Source: an uncultured Verrucomicrobiae bacterium (GTDB taxonomy: Bacteria > Verrucomicrobiota > Verrucomicrobiia > Chthoniobacterales > UBA10450). From it: a stretch of DNA of 64,000 nt. Under the pieces are notes generated by a model. The model had not been told where the DNA came from. It worked only from the letters and a program-made list of their open reading frames with translations, and ran no database searches. Location: positions 43,690-107,689 of the forward strand of contig CAWAIY010000007.1 in NCBI GenBank assembly GCA_963782205.1, written 5' to 3'. Made by a program: the position numbers and the translations under genes. Positions 55,930-64,000 of this stretch are shown piece by piece. Each line of letters starts with the position of its first letter. The first letter of the stretch is position 1.

Positions 55930-58900
55930 TCAGCTGCCCCCGCCGGCCACTTTGTCGGCCTGGGTGGTGTCGGCTTCGAGCTTTTGCTGGCCTTCTTTGG
56001 CCGCTTGATCGAGCTGGCGGAAGACTTCCTCCTGGGCGACCGTTGGCCGACCGTAGGACAGGTCGATATCCGCAGCCAGGTAAGCGAGATGATCGCGCAG
56101 CTTGGTCTCATGGAGAAGGTCGCCTTCGCTCCCCCTCATCGCCATCTGCGCAACGCTGTCGATGTCGCGGGTGAGTGCGGCCAGGGCGCCGGCGGCCTGC
56201 GCCTCGGTCACACTGTGAGCGGTGACCGCCTTTTGCAGCTTGTCGCGCGCGGCCAGCGCCTGGTTGATCTTTTTGTCCAGCGAGTCGAGATCTGCACTAA
56301 TCTTTAGGTTCAAGTCCAAGCGCGCTTCCAAATCCTGTTGTGTAGCTTGGAGCCGCGGGTCGAGAGCGACCGTCAGGCTTTGCTTTGTTTTCTGTCCGCC
56401 ATAATCGAGCACTACCGAGTAAGTGCCGGGCGCAACGACCGGCCCAGCGACCGAATCCTCCAGGCCACCGGCCGCAATGGGAGTATGGTAGCCAGTGATC
56501 TCCGTGGCATGAGGGTATCGCAGATCCCATTGGAGGCGATTCATCCCCGGCTCGGCGGCGGCTAGCTTTGCTTCCTTTTCTCGAATTTGCTGGTCTGCGC
56601 TCTTCTCGCTCTGCTCCGGTTCGGCGGCAGCATTTTCCAGATGCTCGCCATATTGCGCGGCAGTGGCTTCTTCCTTCTCCTGTTTCTCCTTTGCGGTCGC
56701 AAGGTGCAGCGGGATGCTGCGAATCACTTTCCCCTGTGCATCGGCGAACTCGAGCGTAGCCGGCGTCTTGCCATCGTAGTTCTCCGGCAGGTGAAAGAAG
56801 ACGGTCGCGCCGAACGGCGGATTGTAGCCAGCATCGGGCGGCCGTCTTTCATCCGGGTCGGGAAGGCCGTAGGCGTGGGTGAGCCAGGCCTGTTGCGGGG
56901 CGAAGAGGTAACTGGCGTCGGATTGGATCGCGGGATTCTTGGTTAACTGCTCGAGGAACGTGAGATTGTCGAGCACCCAGAAGGCGCGACCATGGGTGGC
57001 GGCGACCACCTGGCCCTGGCGGGTGTTGATGGCAATGTCGCGCACCTGCGCCACCGGCAGGTTCAGGGTCAAAGGCTGCCAGTGCGTTCCCGCGTCAAGG
57101 CTGAAATAGACCGTGCTGCGAGTGCCGAGGAAGAGAAGGTTAGAGTCGTTAGGGTCTTCCCGCAGGTCGAAGACGAATTCGTCCTGCGGCAGCCCGGCCG
57201 TGATCGCAGTCCAGTGTTTGCCCAAATCGGTCGTCTTAAAGATGTAGGGTCTAAAATCGTCCAGCATGTAGCGGCGGGCGGTGAGATAGGCGGCTTGTTT
57301 GTCGGTATGCGAGGGCTCGATACAACTAATCCATGACTCAGGCAGCCCGGGCGGAGTGACCTTCTGCCAATGCTTCCCGCCGTCCGTTGTGACATGAGCG
57401 AGACCGTCATCTGACCCGGCCCAGATGAGATTGGCGTCGAGAGGCGAAATCGCGAGGGCGGAGACGAGAGGAAAGATTTCCGCGCCCGACTGGTCGAGGT
57501 CGACCGGTCCACCGCTCGGCACTTGCTGGCTTTTCTGGTTGCGAGTGAGATCGGGTGAAATCTGGCTCCAGGTGGCGCCGTAGTCGTCGCTCTTGAAGAT
57601 ATACTGGGCGGCGGTGAAGAGCTGCTTCGGGTTTGCCGGCGAGAAGAGAATCGGATGGGTCCAACCCCACCGATACTTCAGCTCACCGGAGGATGCGCCT
57701 TCCTGATAATGCGGCCACGGACTCACGCTGCGGTATTCGTCCGTGCGTCGATCGTGCTTCACGAAGATGCTGTAGTAGCCGCTGCCATAGGTGATGTTGG
57801 GATCTCCTGGTTGGGGCACGGTATAAGTGCTTTCCCCATAGGCGACCTCATGCCAGGCGGAGAGCGGAATCACACCCCCGTTGTGCGCGCTTGGTCCTTC
57901 GAAGGATCCTTCATCCTGCTGTGCGCCGTAGATGTGATAGGGAAATTGGTCGTCAATATTAACGTGGTAGAACTGGCCGGTAGGCTGATTGTGCTCGGTA
58001 CTCCAGGTCTTGCCACCATCGATCGAGACCGTCGCGCCGCCATCGTTACCCTCGAGCAGAATCTGGGTATTGTCGGGATTGATCCAGACGACGTGGTTAT
58101 CGCCGTGCGGCGTTTTCAGTTTCGTGAAGGTCTTGGCGCCGTCGCGTGAAACCCAGAGCGCATCCACCTCGGGCACATAAACGGTGTTGGGATCCTTCGG
58201 GTCGGCAAAAATTGACATGTAGTAAAAGGCGCGTTGCCGCAGCTTCATTTCATCGTTGACCCGCTTCCAGGTCGCGCCAGAATCATCCGAGCGGAAGACG
58301 CCACCTTCCTTGGCCTGAACAATGGCATAGACCGTGTCCGGTTTGCTGGCGGCGATGGACAAGCCGATGCGTCCCAGAACCGTCTTCGGCAAGCCGGAAC
58401 TGCGAGTGATATTGCTCCAATGCGCACCCCCGTCGGTCGTCTTGTAAATCCCGCTGCCCGGACCGCCGCTGATCAGTCCCCACGGCATGCGGGCCGCCTC
58501 CCACATCGAGGCATACATGAGGCCCGGATGATTTGGGTCCATCACCAGACAGATCGCCCCGGTCTTGTTGTCCACGAAGAGGATTTTCTGCCAGGTCTTG
58601 CCGCCATCCGTGGACTTGAAAATGCCGCGATTAGGATCGGGAGCGAAGACGTGCCCCATGGACGCGACATAGACAACGTTGGGATCCTTCGGATCAACCA
58701 GGATCGCGCTGATCGAGTGCGCATCGCGCAAACCGACGAACTGCCACGTTTTGCCGGCATCGGTGGATTTGTAAACGCCGTTGCCGGGAATCATGTTGGC
58801 GCGAATATCGGCTTCGCCAGTGCCGACGTAGAGCGTGTTGGGATCCGACGGCGCCACGGCGACTGCGCCGATGCTCGAACTCGGCCCGGGCAACTTGCCG

Positions 58901-59181
58901 TCAGTAATGTTTTCCCACTCGACCCCTTGGTCAGTGCTTTTCCACACGCCACCGCCGACTGTTCCGGCGTAGAAGAGATTGTTGTTTCCCGGAACGCCGG
59001 TCACGGTGACGACGCGCCCGCCGATAAACGGACCGACGCAACGCCACTTGAGTTTGCTCATGAGCGTTTGCGGAGGAAGAGGCTTTGCTCCCTGCGATCT
59101 CGCGAGCGAGGGAACCAAGGCGGCGATCGTAAAAACAAGAAGCAGCGCGGCGATATTCACGAAACCAAAGACACGTCTCAT
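55930..59181 (-). CDS. large secreted BNR/Asp-box repeat protein (sortilin/VPS10-like, glycosyl-hydrolase-like)
   Basis: Signal peptide plus many S-x-D-x-G-x-T-W repeats (KSTDQGVEW, KSTDAGKTW, KSTDGGKTW, KTTDGGAHW, RSDDSGATW...). Confidence 0.85.
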   Translation of the reverse strand: MRRVFGFVNIAALLLVFTIAALVPSLARSQGAKPLPPQTLMSKLKWRCVGPFIGGRVVTVTGVPGNNNLFYAGTVGGGVWKSTDQGVEWENITDGKLPGPSSSIGAVAVAPSDPNTLYVGTGEADIRANMIPGNGVYKSTDAGKTWQFVGLRDAHSISAILVDPKDPNVVYVASMGHVFAPDPNRGIFKSTDGGKTWQKILFVDNKTGAICLVMDPNHPGLMYASMWEAARMPWGLISGGPGSGIYKTTDGGAHWSNITRSSGLPKTVLGRIGLSIAASKPDTVYAIVQAKEGGVFRSDDSGATWKRVNDEMKLRQRAFYYMSIFADPKDPNTVYVPEVDALWVSRDGAKTFTKLKTPHGDNHVVWINPDNTQILLEGNDGGATVSIDGGKTWSTEHNQPTGQFYHVNIDDQFPYHIYGAQQDEGSFEGPSAHNGGVIPLSAWHEVAYGESTYTVPQPGDPNITYGSGYYSIFVKHDRRTDEYRSVSPWPHYQEGASSGELKYRWGWTHPILFSPANPKQLFTAAQYIFKSDDYGATWSQISPDLTRNQKSQQVPSGGPVDLDQSGAEIFPLVSALAISPLDANLIWAGSDDGLAHVTTDGGKHWQKVTPPGLPESWISCIEPSHTDKQAAYLTARRYMLDDFRPYIFKTTDLGKHWTAITAGLPQDEFVFDLREDPNDSNLLFLGTRSTVYFSLDAGTHWQPLTLNLPVAQVRDIAINTRQGQVVAATHGRAFWVLDNLTFLEQLTKNPAIQSDASYLFAPQQAWLTHAYGLPDPDERRPPDAGYNPPFGATVFFHLPENYDGKTPATLEFADAQGKVIRSIPLHLATAKEKQEKEEATAAQYGEHLENAAAEPEQSEKSADQQIREKEAKLAAAEPGMNRLQWDLRYPHATEITGYHTPIAAGGLEDSVAGPVVAPGTYSVVLDYGGQKTKQSLTVALDPRLQATQQDLEARLDLNLKISADLDSLDKKINQALAARDKLQKAVTAHSVTEAQAAGALAALTRDIDSVAQMAMRGSEGDLLHETKLRDHLAYLAADIDLSYGRPTVAQEEVFRQLDQAAKEGQQKLEADTTQADKVAGGGS

Positions 59182-59338
59182 AGGAGTTGTTCCTCTGGCC
59201 GATTTCTGCGGGTGTCAACCTGCGTCTCCCGGAGCACGGCACGCCCGGTTGATCAGATTTGTTACTCCCCGCACCGCGTTCCTGCCGTTACGGGGAAAAG
59301 GCAATGCCTTCTTTCGCTATTGTGCAATTCTAAACGCT

Positions 59339-60529
59339 GTGGATTCGACCTTGCGTGCCCGTTTCAATGCCGATTTTTCACCAGCCGGGTACGAGGCATT
59401 TTTGAATTGTGTCCAGCACAGCGTGCGCTGGCCGGCTGATTTCCGGATTTCCGAGACGCCGGTTTTCCTGACGTCGGAGTTCACCGACGAAGTGGTCGGC
59501 GCGGCGCAGGAAATCGTGGCGCGGACTCGCACGCCGGAATTTGCCCGGCACGCCGCCAGCGCCATCCCGCCGGGACTGGAAGTGCCTGACGAATCCGCGC
59601 ACCCCAATTTTTTTTGCGTGGATTTTGGGATTTGCGAGGAAGGCGGGCGCCTCACGCCGCGCCTGATCGAGCTGCAGGCGTTTCCCAGTCTCTACGGCTT
59701 TCAGTTCCTCCTCCTCGGTTGCATTCGCCGGGCTTTCCCGGCAATCCCACAAAACTGGACCTCAGCCTTCAGCGGATTGAGGGACGAGAGTTACATCGCC
59801 CTGTTGCGCGAGGTCATTGTCGGTCCCGCCAATCCGGAGAACGTGATCCTGCTCGAGATCGAGCCGGAAAAGCAAAAGACCCGGATCGATTTCGCCTGCA
59901 CCGAAACGCTGCTCGGCGTGCGACCAGTCTGCCTGACGAAAGTCCGGAAGCGGGGCCGTCAGTTGTTTTACGAGCGCGACGGACGCGAAGTGCGAATCGA
60001 ACGCATCTACAACCGCGTCATCTTCGACGAGTTGCTGCGCCGGCCGGATGTGACGCCGGGTTTCAACTTTCGGGACGAACTCGATGTTGTCTGGGCGGGG
60101 CACCCGAACTGGTATTTCCGGGTGAGCAAGCATTCGCTCCCCTTCCTCAAGACCGCGCACACCTCACCGGCGCATTTTGCCGACGAATTTCCGCCTGACG
60201 AATCCCTCGAAGATTATGTGCTCAAGCCGCTTTATTCCTTCGCCGGGCTTGGAGTCGACATGGAACCGACACGCGAAAAACTGGCCGCGCTCGAAGCTCC
60301 GCGCAGTTGGATCCTGCAAAAGAAGGTGCGTTACGCGGAATTCCTTCAAACCATTGATGGCCGGCGCTCGAAAGTGGAAATTCGGATGATGTTTCTCTGG
60401 CCCAATGGAGGCGAACCGATCCTGGCGAACAACCTCGTCCGGATGAGCCAGGGCAAGATGATGGGAGTCGACTTCAACAAGAACAAGACCTGGGTCGGCG
60501 CCAGCATCGCGCTGCATCCTCGCGGCTAG
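59339..60529 (+). CDS. conserved hypothetical protein, possibly ATP-grasp-like
   Basis: The frame is open from 58979, but that part is antisense to the BNR gene. The first plausible starts past 59181 are GTG 59339 or TTG 59351, with no in-frame ATG near the N-terminus. YVLKPLYSFAGLGV resembles ATP-grasp/GSP-synthase-like motifs. Confidence 0.5.
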   Translation: MDSTLRARFNADFSPAGYEAFLNCVQHSVRWPADFRISETPVFLTSEFTDEVVGAAQEIVARTRTPEFARHAASAIPPGLEVPDESAHPNFFCVDFGICEEGGRLTPRLIELQAFPSLYGFQFLLLGCIRRAFPAIPQNWTSAFSGLRDESYIALLREVIVGPANPENVILLEIEPEKQKTRIDFACTETLLGVRPVCLTKVRKRGRQLFYERDGREVRIERIYNRVIFDELLRRPDVTPGFNFRDELDVVWAGHPNWYFRVSKHSLPFLKTAHTSPAHFADEFPPDESLEDYVLKPLYSFAGLGVDMEPTREKLAALEAPRSWILQKKVRYAEFLQTIDGRRSKVEIRMMFLWPNGGEPILANNLVRMSQGKMMGVDFNKNKTWVGASIALHPRG

Positions 60530-60552
60530 TTGACCGTCCAAGGTTACGCTAC

Positions 60553-61740
60553 CTAGGACGACGCCAATTCTTCATTCGTTTCCGCGAAGGCGTTGACGGC
60601 GTGCTCGAGTTCCTGACGATTGTGCGCGGCGGAAACCTGCGTGCGCACTCGTGCGGTGCCGTGTGGCACAACAGGATAGAAAAAGCCGATCACGTAAACG
60701 CCTTTCTCCAGCATGCGCGCGGCGAACTTCTGCGAAAGCGCGGCGTCGCCCAGCATGATCGGGACGATCGGATGCGTTCCCGGTTTGATCGTCAGCCCCT
60801 TTTCTGTCAGGGCGGCGCGGAAATATTTCGTGTTCTCCTCTAACCTGTCGCGCAGCTCGGTCGAAGCGGTCAGCAGCTCGAGCGCCTTGAGCGACGCGGC
60901 GACGATGGGCGGCGCGACCGTGTTGGAGAAAAGATAGGGTCGCGAACGTTGCCGGAGGAGCGCGACGATTTCCTTGCGTCCGCTGGTGTAACCGCCGCTC
61001 GCCCCGCCAAGAGCTTTGCCCAACGTTCCCGTGATCACATCGACCCGCCCCTGCACCCCGCAATGTTCCGGCGTCCCGCGCCCGGTCTTGCCGATGAATC
61101 CGGCAGCATGCGCATCATCCACCATGACCATCGCGTCGTACTTTTCCGCCAAATCGCAGATGCCTTTGAGATTCGCGATCGTGCCGTCCATCGAGAAAAC
61201 GCCATCGGTCGCGATGAGGCGGAAGCGCGCACCTTTCGCCGCCCGCAACTGCGCCTCGAGATCAGCCATGTCGCAGTTCTTGTAACGATAGCGCTGCGCT
61301 TTGCAGAGCCGGACGCCGTCGATAATGCTGGCATGATTCAGCTCGTCGGAAATGACCGCATCCTCCGCGCCTAACAAGGTTTCGAAGAGGCCGCCGTTGG
61401 CGTCGAAGCAGGAGGGGTAAAGAATCGTGTCCTCGGTTCCGAGGAATTTCGTGAGGGCGGCCTCCAGTTCCTTGTGAATATCCTGCGTGCCGCAAATGAA
61501 GCGTACACTTGCCATCCCAAACCCGTGCGTATCGAGTGCCGCCTTCGCCGCCGCGATGAGCGCGGGGTGATCGGCCAGGCCAAGATAGTTATTCGCACAG
61601 AGGTTAATGACACGTCTCCCGTCCGAGATCGGGATCTCGGCATTCTGCGGACCGGTGATGACGCGCTCGGTTTTGAACAGGCCCTGCGCTTTGATTTCCT
61701 CGAGGGTTGTTGAGACGTGATCGGCGAATTTTGCGAGCAT
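60553..61740 (-). CDS. kbl: glycine C-acetyltransferase (2-amino-3-ketobutyrate CoA ligase)
   Basis: ...[12 protein letters not shown]...[10 protein letters not shown]...[13 protein letters not shown] is the PLP class II aminotransferase / Kbl pattern. Confidence 0.92.
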   Translation of the reverse strand: MLAKFADHVSTTLEEIKAQGLFKTERVITGPQNAEIPISDGRRVINLCANNYLGLADHPALIAAAKAALDTHGFGMASVRFICGTQDIHKELEAALTKFLGTEDTILYPSCFDANGGLFETLLGAEDAVISDELNHASIIDGVRLCKAQRYRYKNCDMADLEAQLRAAKGARFRLIATDGVFSMDGTIANLKGICDLAEKYDAMVMVDDAHAAGFIGKTGRGTPEHCGVQGRVDVITGTLGKALGGASGGYTSGRKEIVALLRQRSRPYLFSNTVAPPIVAASLKALELLTASTELRDRLEENTKYFRAALTEKGLTIKPGTHPIVPIMLGDAALSQKFAARMLEKGVYVIGFFYPVVPHGTARVRTQVSAAHNRQELEHAVNAFAETNEELASS

Positions 61741-61854
61741 CGCGCAATCTTCCGCAAACCGATTCGCTTGTCATCCCGGACGGGTTCAGACCCAAAAACT
61801 CCGCTTGTCGCGCTTGTGAATAACTGTTAATAACTCCCGGAACTCGCTGGAGAA

Positions 61855-62505
61855 ATGAGAATCCGATCTGCTCTGCTGGTGGTTGCAGCCGGATTGTCGT
61901 TAGGCGCTTGCGGCACCGGGCGACATCTTCCCGCCTACGAGCCGCCGCTGGCCCACGCAGGTTTCCAGCAAGTGCGCACTACCGCCTATACCGACAGCGA
62001 GTCGGACCACAGGCAATATGGAAATCGCACCGCGCTCGGTGGAGTTCTGCACCCTGCGCCGCCGCCGACCGTGTCGCGCGCGATTCCGGTCGCGCAGGAC
62101 CGGGTTTTCCGTGGTCCGGACGCCGGGTACCGAAATATTGCTTTTGTCTCACGGTCCCAACCGTTCTTACAGGATAACTTTTCCAATCAGATCTACGGCA
62201 GCGCAGCTGCCGACTGGTCGCGCTGGCCGGCCGGAACAGTTTTTCGCGTGGTCTCGACCGGACAACTTTACCGGGTGGAGGATTACGGCTGGGCGCTGGC
62301 CGGTCGCAACACGATCGATCTCTACATGGCGACGCCGCGCGACATGAACAGTTGGGGCCTGCGCCGGGAATTGATCGAGATCGTGCAATGGGGCGATCCG
62401 CAGGAGAGTCTGCGCCGGCTCGCGCCGCACACGAAGTACCGCCACATCAAGCGCATGGTGCTCGAGTTGGAAGGCAAGCAGCGTGCCGCGGCCAAGCTGA
62501 ACTAA
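61855..62505 (+). CDS. 3D-domain lipoprotein (MltA/RlpA-like fold)
   Basis: Lipobox LSLGAC. RTTAYTDSESD...YRVEDYGWALAGRNTIDLYM is typical of 3D domains. Confidence 0.8.
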   Translation: MRIRSALLVVAAGLSLGACGTGRHLPAYEPPLAHAGFQQVRTTAYTDSESDHRQYGNRTALGGVLHPAPPPTVSRAIPVAQDRVFRGPDAGYRNIAFVSRSQPFLQDNFSNQIYGSAAADWSRWPAGTVFRVVSTGQLYRVEDYGWALAGRNTIDLYMATPRDMNSWGLRRELIEIVQWGDPQESLRRLAPHTKYRHIKRMVLELEGKQRAAAKLN

Positions 62506-62560
62506 TGTGGGAGTCGCCTTTCTGCGGCGATCGTTAGGCAAATCGCCACCGTCGGGGCGC

Positions 62561-62598
62561 CCGTAACGCAACGCGGAGCGCGAGGCCGGGCTTTCCAA
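62561..62598. repeat. dispersed intergenic repeat, copy 2 (CCGTAACGC-N10-GCGAGGCCGGGCTTTCCAA)
   Basis: Matches 514..551 at 28 of 38 positions, consisting of the 9-mer and the 19-mer blocks, with identical spacing. Confidence 0.6.
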
Positions 62599-62648
62599 GG
62601 CCCTTCCCGCATTGCGTCACGGCGCGAACCCTCCATCTTTCACGCAGG

Positions 62649-64000
62649 ATGGGTGGGCTGGAGATCAACTTGGTGGTACCGGATCTCTGGCAGCAGGAGG
62701 CGGTGCGCGCTCTCCAGGCCGGCAAGGATGTCGTCGTGCATGCGCCGACCGGCGCGGGGAAGACCTACATCTTTGAGCTGCATTATCAGTCGCTGAAAAG
62801 CCAGGCTGTTTTCACCGTCCCCACGCGCGCCCTGGCGAACGACAAACTCGCGGAATGGCGCACCCGCGGCTGGGACGTCGGCATCGCGACCGGTGACCTC
62901 GCACTGAACCTCGACGCGAAAGTCATCGTCGCGACGCTTGAGACACAGCGTTCGCGTTTTCTTCGGCGCGAAGGTCCGCGCCTGCTCGTGGTCGACGAAT
63001 ATCAGCTTATCGCCGATCCGGTGCGGGGTGTGCATTACGAACTGGCGCTCGCCCTCGCTCCGCCGAACACGCAACTGCTTCTGCTCAGCGGAAGCGTGAA
63101 TAATCCGCAGGACGTCGTCGATTGGTTGCGCCGGAATAGCCGCGACGCGGTGCTGGTCAGGCACGACCAGCGGCCAGTGCCCCAGCATGAAATCGACCTG
63201 CGCAATTTGTCGGACGCCGGCTTTGCACGGACGCGGGAATTTTGGCCGCGCATGATCGCGCGCGCCCTCCATGGCGGGCTGGCACCGATCTTGGTCTTCG
63301 CTCCGCGGCGCAACGCGACCGAAGAAATGGCGCTTGCGATCGCGAGCGCAGTGCCGGTACGCGATCCATTCCAACTCTCGCCCCAACAGGAAGCGCTGGC
63401 GGGCAAACGCCTGACAAAATTGCTCCGCAATCGCGTCGCTTATCATCATAGCGGACTTAGCTACGCGGTGCGGGCCGGTTTGATTGAGCCGCTCGCCAAA
63501 GCCGGTCAACTCAACGTCGTGGTTGCGACGATGGGGCTCGCCGCCGGGATCAATTTTTCCATGCGCTCGGTCCTCGTCACCGATACGCGCTATCTGGCGG
63601 GAAATTTCGAACGCCAGGTGCAACCGGATGAATTGCTGCAGATGTTCGGGCGCGCCGGGCGGCGTGGACTGGACGATACCGGCTTCATCCTTTTCACGCC
63701 TGATCAGCCGCGCCTCAGCTATGCGCGGCCGCGGCAATTGAAGCGTGCCACGCAGGTGGATTGGCCAAGCCTGATCAGCGTGATGCAGGGCGCGGCGGAG
63801 CGCGGCGAACAACCGTTCGCGGCCGCGGTCGAGTTGAGCCGTTCGCTCTTTAGCGCGCAACAGGTGCCGCTTGGAGTTGAGCACTCGCTCAGCACCGGGC
63901 CGAAACCGTGTGGTTTGTGGGTCGACGCAGAACGCGGCCGGTTCGTCAGGCGACCGATTGTCGAAATTCTCAACAGCCGCGAGGAATGGGAGCCGGGCGG
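62649..64000 (+). CDS. DEAD/DEAH-box (Ski2-like) helicase, 3' end cut by window edge
   Basis: My own translation from the ATG at 62649 gives MGGLEINLVVPDLWQQEAVRALQAGKDVVVHAPTGAGKTY...LLVVDEYQLI...LLLSGSV...QMFGRAGRRGLD. The frame has no stop before the window end, which is why the track shows only the antisense ORF 62640..63884. Confidence 0.85.
   Translation, partial: MGGLEINLVVPDLWQQEAVRALQAGKDVVVHAPTGAGKTYIFELHYQSLKSQAVFTVPTRALANDKLAEWRTRGWDVGIATGDLALNLDAKVIVATLETQRSRFLRREGPRLLVVDEYQLIADPVRGVHYELALALAPPNTQLLLLSGSVNNPQDVVDWLRRNSRDAVLVRHDQRPVPQHEIDLRNLSDAGFARTREFWPRMIARALHGGLAPILVFAPRRNATEEMALAIASAVPVRDPFQLSPQQEALAGKRLTKLLRNRVAYHHSGLSYAVRAGLIEPLAKAGQLNVVVATMGLAAGINFSMRSVLVTDTRYLAGNFERQVQPDELLQMFGRAGRRGLDDTGFILFTPDQPRLSYARPRQLKRATQVDWPSLISVMQGAAERGEQPFAAAVELSRSLFSAQQVPLGVEHSLSTGPKPCGLWVDAERGRFVRRPIVEILNSREEWEPG

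Noticed and set aside
3551-62538. TCGTTAGG/CCTAACGA as a Shine-Dalgarno variant, or as a by-product of a common peptide
   Set aside because: Most copies lie deep inside genes in three different frames and on both strands, so neither a ribosome-binding role nor a single peptide motif explains the bulk of them. The three start-proximal copies are reported separately as a low-confidence observation.
62640-63884. 414-aa minus-strand ORF
   Set aside because: It is Arg/Ala/Pro-rich with no recognisable motifs. It lies exactly antisense to a + strand frame that encodes clear helicase motifs (PTGAGKT, DEYQ, QMFGRAGRRG). It is a shadow ORF of a high-GC gene.
1-64000. CRISPR arrays, rRNA genes, prophage structural genes
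   Set aside because: I found no regularly spaced direct repeats, no rRNA-like sequence, and no capsid, tail or terminase-like ORFs on reading the window.

Overview
This is a bacterial chromosomal segment of about 60% GC, densely coding, with roughly 65 genes. Many long antisense 'shadow' ORFs in the track are artefacts of the high GC content. I found no rRNA genes and no CRISPR arrays.

Core content:
- An aa3-type cytochrome c oxidase cluster with heme O/heme A synthases and an SCO chaperone (23.9-31.0 kb).
- A three-subunit succinate dehydrogenase (31.8-35.3 kb), plus sucA, ubiE/menG, kbl, rfbA and an isolated nuoA.
- A GldA/F/G-type ABC operon with a DUF4340 gene, and a four-gene pseudopilin operon.
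- Glycosyltransferases, a XerC/D recombinase, an HtrA protease, a class III cyclase with TPR repeats, and a large BNR/sortilin-like protein.

The gene content resembles Verrucomicrobiota or other PVC-type or soil bacteria, but I cannot assign a taxon from the sequence alone.

Main accessory element: a 3134-bp IS1595-family transposon (10549..13682) with 25-bp terminal inverted repeats and a perfect 8-bp target duplication. It carries AT-richer cargo:
- a small ORF plus a Dcd-like dCTP deaminase;
- a DinD C-terminal fragment;
- a HARE-HTH-like protein;
- a tRNA-Pro(UGG)-like cloverleaf.

Most unusual sequence-level signal: the 8-mer TCGTTAGG/CCTAACGA occurs at least 24 times, against roughly 1-2 expected. 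It appears in several reading frames, on both strands and in intergenic DNA, which points to selection at the DNA level.

Several genes look decayed: a frameshifted M29 aminopeptidase, a frameshifted HTTM/SdpB-like membrane protein, a POT transporter remnant, a GMC oxidoreductase remnant and the DinD fragment.
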